From the IMG/VR virus record IMGVR_UViG_3300035670_000153, positions 1 to 64,000 of that record: a DNA stretch of 64,000 nucleotides; one strand, given 5' to 3'. Shown here one piece after another: positions 31,287 to 43,489 of this stretch. The notes under the pieces were generated by a model. It had not been told where the DNA came from. It did not search any database and saw only the letters and a list, made by a program, of their open reading frames with translations. This stretch comes from a virus. Position numbers and translations under genes: made by a program. Numbering within the stretch: position 1 is the first letter of the stretch; every line of letters starts with the position of its first letter.

Positions 31287-33773
31287 TTAAAACTGAATAT
31301 CACAAGCTCCACCAGAACAAGCAGTAGCTCCCATTGTATCAACATCGGTATATTCTTTCTTACCTAATTCAGTTGCCCAATCTATATTTTTTAATGTTTT
31401 TTGTATCTTCCACATTTTATGTAAATTATATACATCCTTCAAACAATTGGCACATTCATCTTTAGATTTGAAATTTATAGAAAACTTATTAAATCTTCTA
31501 ACAAAATCTCTCTTTAATAAGTCACATCTTTCATCTGTTAATTTTTCCCCATATCCCAACGCAGTATTACAAGCGTTCCATAGGTCATTATTAAATGCAT
31601 TGAACCCAGCTTCTATTAATGCAGATGTAAACAATGCAACTTCACCATATTTACTTACAATTTCTTCATGAGTTAATATTTCTGTAAATGGGGCTTGTGG
31701 ATATGCTTTATCCCCAAAAGATGACAATAGTGATACACCACATAAATACTTCCTATTTTCATATATGTATTTAGTAACTTCTTCCCAATTATCTACTGTT
31801 ATGGTATTACTTACATTATCCCTTAATCTATGGTCAGTACATAGGTCTATATTAGTTCCTTCTTCTATCCATACTTGTTGTGCTTTCTTAACATATTCTA
31901 ACTGTTTAATTCCGAGTAAGTCTTTTTTAAATATAGATGTTTCAATAGGTGTGATAGGAAATGCTACTACTATATCTCGCTCTCTATTCCAAACAGACTC
32001 TTGGCACATGGCTGGATTTGTTTTTTGCAATAATTGTGCAACTTCACTATCTTTACTAAGTTGGACATGTCTTAAATATGATGGAGAGTGTTCCCCATGA
32101 ACTCCAGATGCACATTCCAACAATACAGATGAATTACCTGATGGTTTTATAACAGTACATCTAGCTGATGGATTAATTCCAATCATTTTTGCTACTATTT
32201 TATTCCAATGTTTTACTATTTTAGCTCCTTCACCCATTATTTCATCGTCAAATATAATTTGAGGATTATTCATCATACCTGTAATTCCTACTCCAATTAA
32301 AGCTTCTTTTTCAACTATTTCTATTGTAGCATCTTTAAAGAACTTAAAATCTGTGTATCCTGCTTGTAGTGTACCTAATATAGATGCCATTTTACATTGA
32401 TTAAAGAATACTTCTTTAGATATCGATTTAGAACCATTTATCTCTGTAAGATTACATAACTGGAATCCACTTCTCCCATCAATAGTTCTTGGTAGAAATC
32501 CAACCTCCACACACGGGTTATATGTAAAATCTTCACTATCTGTCCATAAGAATCCTGGTTCTCCATAATCCTTAACTGATTCCATTATTTTTTGAAATTC
32601 TTCAAAAGTAGTTTCATCTCTTAATAAAACTGCACTATTATTACTTCTACCTCTTTGTGGGTTCTCGATAAACCAATTACCTGTTTTAGCATTTATCATT
32701 TCTTCATCATCTTTTGAAAATAAACATATAGTTGCACTACGCCTTACCCCACCAGAAATTACAGCATCTGCTATATGCATACAAATATCATAAGCAACAA
32801 TTGGTCTTAATTTATTTTGCCCTTTTTTTAATTCATTTTCAATTAATAGCTCGATAGTATCTAATGCTTTACGTAACGGTTCGCTCCCAGGAGCACGAAA
32901 GCCTCCACTAATAAAACTTCCCTTTGGTCTAATATTTGACAAATCAAAATATACTTTTCTCCCAGCATATTCAGGATATACTTGGTTATCTTCAAAATAA
33001 GATGATAATAAAACATCTATTGTATTTGCCCATCCCGCAATTGAATCTGGTACTATATATGTCTTAGCTGATTTATTTCTTTTTGATATATTTGGTAACT
33101 TAGCTATATGTTTTCTAACTACGCTGAATCCAACTCCTGCACCTGCTAATAACAAGTAAAAATATCCACCAAAGAAATCAGGTCTATCACAATAAGAAGA
33201 AGCACAATTATAGAGCTTTGCGTGAGATTTTAATAATTGTTCGCCTCCGAATTGTAAAGCTCTCTGTGCTCCTAGAAATAATTTATTTTTATATGCTAAT
33301 GTTACTTCTTCTACTAATTTCTGTAATTCCAAATTATCTTTTAATTTATCTTTGTAGAATTCTTTATGCATATCCATTACTCTATCTACTGATTCATCCC
33401 AAGTTTCATATCTACCTTTTAATTCGTCGTATCTAGCATATGCCTCATAAAACTTTGTATCACTCATTAATTTTCTTGCATCTATTCTATTTGGTTTAAT
33501 TTCTATATGTACTATTTTAGACTTCGAAAACTCTTTAAAATAATTAATATTATTCAATATATTATCATAAAAAAATAATTCCTCGTTACACTTAACTACT
33601 GGGACTGAACGAATACCAATACTTCTCATTTCAGTAATATCTTGATTTATTTTATAGTTTATACCTTCTAAATCAAATTTCTTTTTTACAACCTCACAAT
33701 TTGGACATGTTGAAGTTGAGTATAAAATTATTTCATCACTCATAAGCACTCTCCCTTTTTCTATATAAAACAT
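31287..33773 (-). CDS. nrdJ: class II (B12-dependent) ribonucleotide reductase with N-terminal glutaredoxin/NrdH-like domain
   Basis: YSTSTCPNC...SVPV; YNCA, GGVRRSA, NPCVE, CNLTE, KPSGN, C-terminal ACSGGAC; no nrdB in the window. Confidence 0.85.
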   Translation of the reverse strand: MFYIEKGRVLMSDEIILYSTSTCPNCEVVKKKFDLEGINYKINQDITEMRSIGIRSVPVVKCNEELFFYDNILNNINYFKEFSKSKIVHIEIKPNRIDARKLMSDTKFYEAYARYDELKGRYETWDESVDRVMDMHKEFYKDKLKDNLELQKLVEEVTLAYKNKLFLGAQRALQFGGEQLLKSHAKLYNCASSYCDRPDFFGGYFYLLLAGAGVGFSVVRKHIAKLPNISKRNKSAKTYIVPDSIAGWANTIDVLLSSYFEDNQVYPEYAGRKVYFDLSNIRPKGSFISGGFRAPGSEPLRKALDTIELLIENELKKGQNKLRPIVAYDICMHIADAVISGGVRRSATICLFSKDDEEMINAKTGNWFIENPQRGRSNNSAVLLRDETTFEEFQKIMESVKDYGEPGFLWTDSEDFTYNPCVEVGFLPRTIDGRSGFQLCNLTEINGSKSISKEVFFNQCKMASILGTLQAGYTDFKFFKDATIEIVEKEALIGVGITGMMNNPQIIFDDEIMGEGAKIVKHWNKIVAKMIGINPSARCTVIKPSGNSSVLLECASGVHGEHSPSYLRHVQLSKDSEVAQLLQKTNPAMCQESVWNRERDIVVAFPITPIETSIFKKDLLGIKQLEYVKKAQQVWIEEGTNIDLCTDHRLRDNVSNTITVDNWEEVTKYIYENRKYLCGVSLLSSFGDKAYPQAPFTEILTHEEIVSKYGEVALFTSALIEAGFNAFNNDLWNACNTALGYGEKLTDERCDLLKRDFVRRFNKFSINFKSKDECANCLKDVYNLHKMWKIQKTLKNIDWATELGKKEYTDVDTMGATACSGGACDIQF

Positions 33774-33800
33774 AGGTTTTAAAAATCTGTTTTTTCTATT

Positions 33801-35709
33801 TTAATGCAATGAAATCCTAATTTCATCTGCATCTCTATTTACTAATACTTTACTGAAACTATCCTCGTCGCAAAAACTACATTTTATATACGTTTCTGCT
33901 ATTTTTTCATTGCCAACGTGCGTTCTTTTACCTGTTTTTTTATCATAAATTAATAATCTACTCATAGTTGTAAACTCTTTGAATACAGCTTTATTACCAC
34001 ATCCTGTACATATATACATAATTATCACTTCCTATTCATAGATTTTTTCTACAACCCATTCATCATAGAAACAAACAATTGTAGCTTCTGTCCCTTCTAA
34101 TAAAAAACTTATTACACAACTTTCATAATCTTCTTCTAATATGTAACCATCATATTTATTTATGGGATTATTAATTTTTTGAAATATGATTTTTTGTTGA
34201 TACATAATATCACCTTTATCCTTTCTTATATTTTTATCACCACCATTCCAATAAAATTTGTGGTATAATGTATGGTATTTTATTAACCACATAATCATTA
34301 TACCACTTTTATTTTTTTATGTCAAGTAGTGTTATATCAAGGCTAAAAGGCTAATTTTGTATATTGCCATAATTAAATCTCTTTACAAAATAAAATACAT
34401 ATATTTTTTATTTCGAAAACATTATCAAATATAGATGATTCAAAAAAATCATATTCTATATTAATTGATATTAAATATTTTTTATCATCAAATATAAATT
34501 GACCACTTGTATAAGTAAGTCCTAACGTTGGTAGTGTTTCTTCTATAAGCATTTCTAACATAATATCTTTACATTCATCTAATGATTTAATATCAAGTTC
34601 GTCACAATCAAAATTATATATTACATCATCTTCATAACCAGAACTATAATTACAAATACCATCACAATCATATTCATCATCATTATCTTCTGATTCTTCA
34701 TTATCACTACAATTACACATATCACATAACCATTTACTATGTCTATCAATATCATCAATATTATATTTTACTTTTTCTTCTTCTGATATCATATTTTCTT
34801 TTAATACTTGTTCTTGTTTTACACGTTCTATATTCGTATTTTCTACTACCTTTGATAATATATTGTATAATTTTTTTTTATCTTCTTCACTAAACATATA
34901 AATCCTCCAAAATGCTATTAATATAATTTATAATATAAAGATTATATAAACTATGTAATTGTAAGTTTATATAAAAACAAATCTTCTGAAATAATTTCCC
35001 AATAATCTAGTTTACACCATATACCCATTGGATTTATTCCATCATAAAACCAAAATTCTCCAATCTCTCCATCTGGAATATCAATCCATTTTAATATTCC
35101 ATTTCTTAATTCACCATTTTTACCTCTTATAGATGTTATTTTCACAGCATTCACCACCTTTCAATTAAGGATATGTTAACATGGCTCAATACAAATATCA
35201 ATATATATTTCATTGACATGATAACTCATCCTTTCAAAACTATTTATTCAAAATAAAGTTTTATGTATAATATTTTAATTATCTTTACTAAACCAATTTT
35301 TTACACATTCAATACATATTTTTTTAATGTTTTCAATAGGAACATCTTCTCCTTTATTAAAGCTATCTTCTTCTATTTGTTCAGCTAAACATTTTTTATT
35401 ATTTAACATTGGAGTACAAATATTATAATCAATATCTAAATTAGATATAAATTTAGCCATATTATCAATTAATTTATCCTTATCTTTACTAATCTTTCTA
35501 GCTTGTTTTATATCATCTATATACCCAAGTAAGTCTTTTGAATATGTAATGTCTTTTTCATTAACTTTAAACATAGCACAGTAGTAAAAATATGGTGTTC
35601 TTGTGTTAAATTTATATTTATTATCAATAATTAACTCACATTCTAAATTATCCTCATTAAAATGTTTACAGTTAGCACAACATTTTATATGTAACATATT
35701 TTTTATCAT
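33801..35709 (-). other. five hypothetical CDS (33801-34028, 34032-34298, 34373-34897, 34951-35157, 35275-35709)
   Basis: ORF track. Confidence 0.6.
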
Positions 35710-35732
35710 ATTTGTTCTCCTTAAATTTATTA

Positions 35733-36479
35733 TTATATAAATATTTTATTACACAATCCACCTTTACGATGAATAGATTGTTGGTGTTGGTCTGGAAATC
35801 TTGCAGGATGTAAATTATACCATACTGGTCTTCCTCCATATGATAATTCATTTAAATGGTGTGCATCAAAACGCTGACCTTTACATCTTATTATTTTACC
35901 ATTTTTACTATATAAATCATCCTTATAAGTTCCCCATTTATTGCCTGTTTCATGTTGCCATTCTTCTATTAAATCTGCCCTCATTTTACTAAACTCTTGT
36001 CTTGCTATTTTATTTTGTTCAGATGTTTGTTTTGTGTATCTATGAGATTCAATATCCTCTTGTAAAAGTTTTCTTTGTTTATAACTAATATCTACTCCAG
36101 TTATTTTTTCTACATCAGATAAATAGTCTTTAAATCTTCCATCAAACTTAATATAATACTTATCTAAATTTTTATTCCTATTATTTATAAAATTGCTATC
36201 GTCTCCATCTTTTTTACGTTTTTTTTTACTACTTTCAAATCTAAAACTATCTCCAACAGTCCTATTTCTTTTTTTAAATATTTCTCTTATGCTATCTTTT
36301 TTATAAATATATTGTTTATTATCTTTACTTCTAGTATTATATTTTTTACGTCTAGCTATTTCTTTTTGTAAATCTTTTTCTTTAATTAATTCATTTGACT
36401 TCATTCTTCTTTTAAATATAGGCATTGTAATTTGTTGTGTTTTTTGTACTATTTTATTTAAATTGTTGAATAAATTCAT
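35733..36479 (-). CDS. basic protein with C-terminal HNH/EndoVII-fold nuclease domain
   Basis: FDAHHLNELSYGG...WYNLHPARFPDQHQ..IH. Confidence 0.7.
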   Translation of the reverse strand: MNLFNNLNKIVQKTQQITMPIFKRRMKSNELIKEKDLQKEIARRKKYNTRSKDNKQYIYKKDSIREIFKKRNRTVGDSFRFESSKKKRKKDGDDSNFINNRNKNLDKYYIKFDGRFKDYLSDVEKITGVDISYKQRKLLQEDIESHRYTKQTSEQNKIARQEFSKMRADLIEEWQHETGNKWGTYKDDLYSKNGKIIRCKGQRFDAHHLNELSYGGRPVWYNLHPARFPDQHQQSIHRKGGLCNKIFI

Positions 36480-36637
36480 TTATTATCCTCTCTTTCTATT
36501 TATATCTTTTTCAATATTATTATATTACTAAATAATTAATTTGTCAAATCAATTATTTAATTTATTTAATACGATTTATATAACACATAATATATAGAGT
36601 AAATTTTTAAATCTACTCTATATATTTATTATATTGG

Positions 36638-38890
36638 TTATTTCATTTCATTTATTAATTCAGGTAAAAATGTATTTTTAATAGGTGTTTTTGTTTCAGA
36701 TATAGCATATCTTATAGCCTTGTTTTCTCCACATAATACACAATATTTCTTAGCTCTTGTTATAGCTGTATATAGTAACTCACAAGATAAAAGTGTATAA
36801 GCAGAATAATCAACACCTACTATAACAGTATTCCACTCAGCCCCTTGAGATTTATGAACACTTATAGCATAAGCTAATTGGATATATTTCCATGAACCTT
36901 TAGAAACAATAACTTTACCAATTGTATCAAAATCTATTACCATTAATTTTTCTGCTTGATTAATTTTTATAATTATTCCCATAGTACCATTAAATACAGC
37001 AGTTGTAATTCCTTGTGTATTAACTAATTCATAGTCATTTTGAATATTAATAACTTTATCCCCTTCTCTTAATTCATAACTTTTATCTTTACTAACTTCT
37101 ACCGTTACAAATGAAGAACTATTAGGATTATATATTTGTTGAAGTTTATTATTGATGTTGAAAGTAGATATATTTCCCCTCTCTTTTAATGGAACAATAA
37201 TCTGTATATCTAAAATATTATTTACTCTTTTTAGATGCTTATTAAATTGTTTAATTAAATATAAATCACTTTCATCATTATTAGAATAAATATCTAATTC
37301 TAAATCTTGTAATTCTCCTAGAATAGTATTCCCTTCATATCCTTTATTAAATATTTGTTCTTGTTTTCTGATTTTTATTGATTCCATTACTATTTTACTT
37401 TTTTGTGCTTGTCGATGTATTATTGTAAGTGTTACACTAGGAATAATATTTGTTGTTAATAAATCATGAAATACATTACATGTACCTATTGAACTTAATT
37501 GTCCTGCATCTCCTAATATTATTAATTTTGCTCCTGTAGGTATAGCACACAGTAAATCATAGAATAAATCTCCACCTATCATCGATGCTTCATCTATAAT
37601 AATAACATCGTTTTCTAATGGTGTATTAGAATTATATGTAAATGTACCATCTTTAGTAGCTCCAAGTAATCTATGAATAGTATATCCATCATATCCTGTA
37701 ATTTCTTTTAGCCTATTTGCTGCTTTACCAGATAAAGCTGTTTGTGCAAAATTATTACTATTTAATACTGCAAGTATTAACTTGACCACAGAACTTTTAC
37801 CAGTTCCTCCGTATCCTGTAATACATATTACATTATTTTCTAATGCTTTTTTTAATCCATTAATTTGTTCATCTGTATATTTAATATCATATTTATTTTC
37901 TTCTATTTCGACTATTTTTCCCCAATCATCATAATTATTATTAACTTTTGCTTTTTGTAATCTTATTATTTCTTTTAATATATTTGTTTCTAAATTTCTT
38001 AATTTCATTAATCCTAATCTACTCTTATCATCTGCCAACCATAATTGTTTATTTAAAACCATATCTTTAATAACATTTCCAATAACAAATCTATCTACTG
38101 TCCCAATGGTTTTTTCTAAATTAAACAGTAAATCTCTCACTAATATCCATGAATTTCCATTATAAGCTTCTTCATTAAGATAGTTCATAATGTATGCCTT
38201 TATTCTAATATCAGATGATAAGGATATACCACTATTAATCGCATAAGTATCTGCTTTTTTAAATCCTATTCCATTAATATCTTGACAAAGAATATAAGGA
38301 TTTTTTTTAAATGCTTTAACTAGTAAATCAGGGGATTTATAATAATCAACCATTTTTGCTATCATTTCTTGTGATACTCCTATTTCACCTAATTCAATTA
38401 ATGCAGTAGAATAATCTATATTTTTTTTAAACTGTTTAACCATTTTTATTGCTGTGGTTACACCTATTCCTTTAACAAGTTGTAATGTTTGAATATCTCC
38501 TTCTTGTATAACTTTAAATGGATTAGGTAATGCATTGTATAAATTATCAATTTGTAAAGGTGTTAAGATATATTCTAAATATTTTTTTTGTTTCTCTTCT
38601 GTACTAACATCTACATCTTGACTTATAAACATTAATTCGTATTGAATTCCCCATTTATCATCATTAATCTGTTTAGCTGTTATATTATATTCGTATGCCT
38701 TATTCATAGTAGGCATCTTACCTTTAATGCAAAATGAATTATATTTATCAACGATTGGATTTGAATATATATCATCTACAATCATATCTTTAGGAATAAC
38801 TGTAACTATACCAAAATCATCTTTATGATATTTAACCCAATATATTCCTACTTTACCTTTTATCAATATAGGATTATTTTTTTCTGACAT
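36638..38890 (-). CDS. recD2: RecD2-like SF1B helicase
   Basis: HhH GIG motifs, GYGGTGKS, TIHRLL, DEASM, GDAGQL, HRQA, YAISVHKSQG.E, LYTAITRA. Confidence 0.92.
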   Translation of the reverse strand: MSEKNNPILIKGKVGIYWVKYHKDDFGIVTVIPKDMIVDDIYSNPIVDKYNSFCIKGKMPTMNKAYEYNITAKQINDDKWGIQYELMFISQDVDVSTEEKQKKYLEYILTPLQIDNLYNALPNPFKVIQEGDIQTLQLVKGIGVTTAIKMVKQFKKNIDYSTALIELGEIGVSQEMIAKMVDYYKSPDLLVKAFKKNPYILCQDINGIGFKKADTYAINSGISLSSDIRIKAYIMNYLNEEAYNGNSWILVRDLLFNLEKTIGTVDRFVIGNVIKDMVLNKQLWLADDKSRLGLMKLRNLETNILKEIIRLQKAKVNNNYDDWGKIVEIEENKYDIKYTDEQINGLKKALENNVICITGYGGTGKSSVVKLILAVLNSNNFAQTALSGKAANRLKEITGYDGYTIHRLLGATKDGTFTYNSNTPLENDVIIIDEASMIGGDLFYDLLCAIPTGAKLIILGDAGQLSSIGTCNVFHDLLTTNIIPSVTLTIIHRQAQKSKIVMESIKIRKQEQIFNKGYEGNTILGELQDLELDIYSNNDESDLYLIKQFNKHLKRVNNILDIQIIVPLKERGNISTFNINNKLQQIYNPNSSSFVTVEVSKDKSYELREGDKVINIQNDYELVNTQGITTAVFNGTMGIIIKINQAEKLMVIDFDTIGKVIVSKGSWKYIQLAYAISVHKSQGAEWNTVIVGVDYSAYTLLSCELLYTAITRAKKYCVLCGENKAIRYAISETKTPIKNTFLPELINEMK

Positions 38891-38963
38891 GCTATCACAC
38901 CTTTCTATGAAATAAAATCCTCTAATATATTATATTATAATTAGAGGATTTTGTCAATAATTA

Positions 38964-41900
38964 TTATCCGAATCTAAGAACTACATATTCTTTTAATACA
39001 TTTTCTTTTTCATCTATTGTTTCATATTTACCATCTATACGTTTTACTTTATTTTCTTCATATATTTTAGGTATTTTTAATATATCAAATAATCCAAATA
39101 TATATTTTTTATCTTGCCAAATATGACCATCTTTAATCCTAGCATATGTTAAAGTCCCATCATTGATTTTATATAATTCTATAAAAGGTTTATTTTTATC
39201 TTGTTTAAAAGCTAATTTAGATACTATATAATAATCATCTGCTAGAGTTTTTTCTTTAAGTTTAATATAACCAATATATTCATTTTCTAAAAATGCTTGT
39301 TCTGATAAAGGTAATTTTTCATCTTTAATATCTTTACATAATTCATTAAGCAATTCTCTTGATTGAATATCTTTAAATGTTTTATCCGTTGATTTTGAAT
39401 ATTTATTTAATAATATCATCATCTTATCATCATTTTCATATTTAGATTTTTTTATGGTTTTAGCTGTATAGAATATGTCAAATAACTCTATTATTTTTAA
39501 TAATTTTTTATTTTTACCAAACGCTTCAAAGTAATTTATTTCTGTTAATATTTTTAGTTGTCTTTTATCTAAACAAGTCTTTTCATTTATATCAATTAAT
39601 AAATCTATAAAAGTATTATAACTATTGATTGATAAAGCATATAGGTCTTCTGCACATTGTTGATTCATAAATTTAATAGATAACATAGATTCATTAATAG
39701 ATTTTAAAGATGATACTGCTGTAAATCCTCTATTGTCATTACCAAATTTTAAATCTCCTAATTTAATACTAAATGCTACACCCATTTCTTGTTTGAATTT
39801 AGATACTTTATTTTTATTGCCTTTTTGAGAGTAATATTCTAACATAACCTCATAAAACTCTAATGGGTAATTAGATTTTAGATAGGCACAGAAAACTGAA
39901 TCTAAAGCATAACAGTATGCATGCGATGCGTTGAACCCGTACTGCGATGCATCTTCTATAATCTGCCAAACCTTTTTACTCATTTCTGTTGCATTATAAA
40001 AATCTATTCCATCATCATTTATTATCTTTTCTCTAAATCCATCTAAAAATCTTTCTTGTAACGGTTTTACTATTTTAGGCTTTTTCTTTGAAATTGCTTT
40101 TATAATACTATATGTTTCATCTTTTGGAAATCCTGCATAAGCTAATGTTGCCATCATTTGTTCTTGATATAAAACAAATGACATAGGTAATTCTTCTGTT
40201 TGTAATATTTTATCAAATGATGGGATACCATATTCAAATGGCTCTCTTGATTCAAATATATTATACATACTCTTAAAACTTGGTCTAATAGCTGCAATAA
40301 ATGCTGTTAACTCAGATATATTACTTGGTTTATATCTCATTGATTTTTTTGTTGTAGATTCTTTCTCAACTTGATTTACTCCCATAGTATGTCCATCTGC
40401 ATAAACATTCCAAGTTTTTTTATCAGTTTTTATAATTTGCATTATTTCATTAACTGTATGATGCTTAATTCCTATTCTATTATATACTTTAGCAATAAGT
40501 AAAGTAACATCTGTTTTTAATAAATCATTTTTAAGGAATTTATAATCTTCTGCGATAGCACCATCTATAACAGTTACAATTACTTCTTTTTTACTTGTTT
40601 CGCTTTTAATTTTCATTAATCCTAGTTCAGATTTAATATCTCCTGAGTACAGTAAATAGCCACATGGATGAATACTTTTTGATGCTATTATACCTTTATA
40701 TTTTTTAGATTCCTCATATATGTCTTTATATTTAACATCTACATAATCATAAACATCAACTAAATCTTTTTCATCATCATCTGTATATAATAAAGCTTTT
40801 TGATATTTATCAAGTTGTTTAGTTACTTCATTAGCTACTTCAAATGATATATTTTGTGATTTTGCATAAAGTTTAAATGCAGATGAATCCTTAAAAGTTC
40901 CCCATGCTATCATAGGATAAACATGTTCTGTTCCAAGTATGTTTTTTTGGGCATCTACAAAAATATCTATTGTTCCTATATTATGGTCTATATCAGGTAA
41001 TGAACCTGTTTGTAATATACGAGATTCAGACATAAATCTTTCAGGATATAATCTAACAGGAGATGTTAATCTATCTGTATTGCTAAATCCTAATAGTGTA
41101 TTAGTTAAAAAACTAGCACCAGAACCCCTGCCACTTTTAGTTATAATCCCTCCATTTTTAATACCTTCTTTAATAATTTGATAATTCAATAAAAAATAAT
41201 CAGCCATCTTTGTATTTATTACAATACGAGCTTCTTCTTTGATTGCTTCTTTATAATTATTATGTTCTTCTAAAGGAATAGTTTCTCCAAATTCATTCCA
41301 TGATTCAATTAACAAGCTTTTATAAATATCATCTTTTTCTTTCTGTGTTTTATTAGGATATATTGTCGGCAATTTAATGTTCTTACTAAATTCAATATCT
41401 TCAAACTCTAGTAATAAATTTGTATTTTTCATAGCTCTTAAAATTTCTATTTCAGATAAAACACCTTGTTCTTTAAATCTATTAAAAGCTGTTTCTCCAT
41501 TAGGATAATCTAAAAACCATCCTTCTTCATCTTCATATCTTACACCTTTAGCCTCTAATACGTCTAATCTTCCTTGAGCATCATTTGGGTATATATAATG
41601 ACTATCACATCCCATAATAATGTCTATACCTTTTTTATGGCTTAATTCTATAATACGTTTATTAATTTCTTTTTGTTTTGTAGTATTGTGATATTGTACT
41701 TCTAAAAAGAAATTTTCTTTGAAATGATTATGTAATTTATTTATTATTTCTTCGATATTTTCATAATAAAAAAATGTTAAACATGCACTAGTAATCATTA
41801 CGTTTTTAGGATTAATACTTAATAATAAATCTAAATCTAATCTTGGCTTGTAATAATAACCATCGATATTTGCGTCTGACAAAATACGATTGATATCTTT

Positions 41901-42200
41901 ACGTCCATTTTCATTTTTTGCTAAAATACACATATGAGAATTAGTTCTGTCTTTTTCAAATCTATCTATAACCCAATATGCTTCAACTCCAAAAATAAAT
42001 TTCAAATTATACTTTTTAGCATACTCATAAACTTCATAGTATCTCCCTTGGAAACCATGTTCCATACTGCAAATTGTTTTATGTCCTAATTCAACGGCTC
42101 TTTTTGCATATTCTTCATTTGTAGTAGCTGAATCAGGAGTAAATACATTAGAATAATGAGAATGTCTATGATAGTTTTGAAATATTAAGTCTTTTTGCAT
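38964..42200 (-). CDS. dnaE: DNA polymerase III alpha subunit (family C)
   Basis: PHP domain H.HSHYS/DSH, GRGSG, ERF, PDID, HPCG, YQEQ, FNASHA. Confidence 0.95.
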   Translation of the reverse strand: MQKDLIFQNYHRHSHYSNVFTPDSATTNEEYAKRAVELGHKTICSMEHGFQGRYYEVYEYAKKYNLKFIFGVEAYWVIDRFEKDRTNSHMCILAKNENGRKDINRILSDANIDGYYYKPRLDLDLLLSINPKNVMITSACLTFFYYENIEEIINKLHNHFKENFFLEVQYHNTTKQKEINKRIIELSHKKGIDIIMGCDSHYIYPNDAQGRLDVLEAKGVRYEDEEGWFLDYPNGETAFNRFKEQGVLSEIEILRAMKNTNLLLEFEDIEFSKNIKLPTIYPNKTQKEKDDIYKSLLIESWNEFGETIPLEEHNNYKEAIKEEARIVINTKMADYFLLNYQIIKEGIKNGGIITKSGRGSGASFLTNTLLGFSNTDRLTSPVRLYPERFMSESRILQTGSLPDIDHNIGTIDIFVDAQKNILGTEHVYPMIAWGTFKDSSAFKLYAKSQNISFEVANEVTKQLDKYQKALLYTDDDEKDLVDVYDYVDVKYKDIYEESKKYKGIIASKSIHPCGYLLYSGDIKSELGLMKIKSETSKKEVIVTVIDGAIAEDYKFLKNDLLKTDVTLLIAKVYNRIGIKHHTVNEIMQIIKTDKKTWNVYADGHTMGVNQVEKESTTKKSMRYKPSNISELTAFIAAIRPSFKSMYNIFESREPFEYGIPSFDKILQTEELPMSFVLYQEQMMATLAYAGFPKDETYSIIKAISKKKPKIVKPLQERFLDGFREKIINDDGIDFYNATEMSKKVWQIIEDASQYGFNASHAYCYALDSVFCAYLKSNYPLEFYEVMLEYYSQKGNKNKVSKFKQEMGVAFSIKLGDLKFGNDNRGFTAVSSLKSINESMLSIKFMNQQCAEDLYALSINSYNTFIDLLIDINEKTCLDKRQLKILTEINYFEAFGKNKKLLKIIELFDIFYTAKTIKKSKYENDDKMMILLNKYSKSTDKTFKDIQSRELLNELCKDIKDEKLPLSEQAFLENEYIGYIKLKEKTLADDYYIVSKLAFKQDKNKPFIELYKINDGTLTYARIKDGHIWQDKKYIFGLFDILKIPKIYEENKVKRIDGKYETIDEKENVLKEYVVLRFG

Positions 42201-42295
42201 TATAATCTCCTTTCTAAAATAAAAAAGTTGATAAATATATTATCAACTTAATTATATCATTTACTTTTTACTTTGTCAAAGAGTAATTTATATTA

Positions 42296-43489
42296 TTATA
42301 ATAACCCCAATGTTTCCAAAATACTTTCATCATTATCTTCTTCATCTTTATAATTATTAATAGATTGATTTTTATTATTACCATTAAAAAATTTCTGAGA
42401 ATCTAAAAATTTCTTATAACATTTACATTGAATAGGTCTATATCCACATATATTACTACAAAAGAAGAAATCTTTTTCTAATACTTCTCTTTCCCATATC
42501 TTATTTTTTTCATCTTCATTTATAGCTTGTTCTGTAAGTTTTTCTTTTTTATAAATTTCAATAATTTTATCATTTAACTCTTCTTCAAGGTTTGATGTTA
42601 TTTCTTTAGATAATGGTATGTAAATATAACAATCAGATACAATATATTTTTGTTTTATATCATCAGGAAATGAATTCAAATTATTATCTTCAATAGCTTT
42701 ATCTAACATTTGTTCTATTTCAAATTCACTATATTGTTTGCTATCTTTTAAATTCATTCTTAAAGGACTTTTAATTTTAGCTACCCATGACCATCTTTCG
42801 GAATTAGTAGTTTTTTCTTTTCCATTTTTTTGGATATAAGTTATTGAATTATATTTTAAAAAATTCCATCTGATTTTTATATTTTCTAATGGAATTCCTT
42901 TTTGATTTAATCCTAAAGCATATAATATTAATTGTCTACCTTCTTTTTCAATTTTTGCACCTGTATAAATTGTACTACTTTTATAATCGGTTATTATATA
43001 ATCATTTTCATTTTTGTGTATAGCATCTATATATCCTTGAAAGTAGTTATTCCCTACTTTAATCATAATATGTTGTTCACATAATACTTTTTTTTGTACT
43101 GGTATATGATTAGAAAAAAAATGACGCATACAAGTAAAATATTTATCTTCTATATTTTGATTACGTTCTTTATTATTTTTATCAAATTTTTTTTCATCCA
43201 TTACCATTGTTAAAATACACATTTCAGATTCTGTTATCATATCTTCATATGTTATAATGCCTTTATAGAATTTTTCTAAAATATCGTGAAATTGTCCTCC
43301 TAAAATAGAATATATATTTGTATCTAATTCTTTAATGTTTCTAATATATTTTAAGTAATAAGAATAAGAGCAATTAATGTAGCAATTAACCCTTGAAAAA
43401 CTCCATATCCTAGATACGTTATATTTCTTTTTTAAATCCTCCAAACTAGTTTTATATGATTCTTGATTTGATACATTTTTTTTATCCAT
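42296..43489 (-). CDS. PD-(D/E)XK (RecB/Cas4-like) nuclease
   Basis: SFSR...C.Y.Y, G..FH, GYID, ITDYKSS, QL.LY, C-terminal Cys cluster. Confidence 0.85.
   Translation of the reverse strand: MDKKNVSNQESYKTSLEDLKKKYNVSRIWSFSRVNCYINCSYSYYLKYIRNIKELDTNIYSILGGQFHDILEKFYKGIITYEDMITESEMCILTMVMDEKKFDKNNKERNQNIEDKYFTCMRHFFSNHIPVQKKVLCEQHIMIKVGNNYFQGYIDAIHKNENDYIITDYKSSTIYTGAKIEKEGRQLILYALGLNQKGIPLENIKIRWNFLKYNSITYIQKNGKEKTTNSERWSWVAKIKSPLRMNLKDSKQYSEFEIEQMLDKAIEDNNLNSFPDDIKQKYIVSDCYIYIPLSKEITSNLEEELNDKIIEIYKKEKLTEQAINEDEKNKIWEREVLEKDFFFCSNICGYRPIQCKCYKKFLDSQKFFNGNNKNQSINNYKDEEDNDESILETLGLL

Noticed and set aside
42296-43489. Cas4 as part of a CRISPR system
   Set aside because: It sits in the replication operon with no cas1/cas2 or array; it is a typical phage PD-(D/E)XK nuclease
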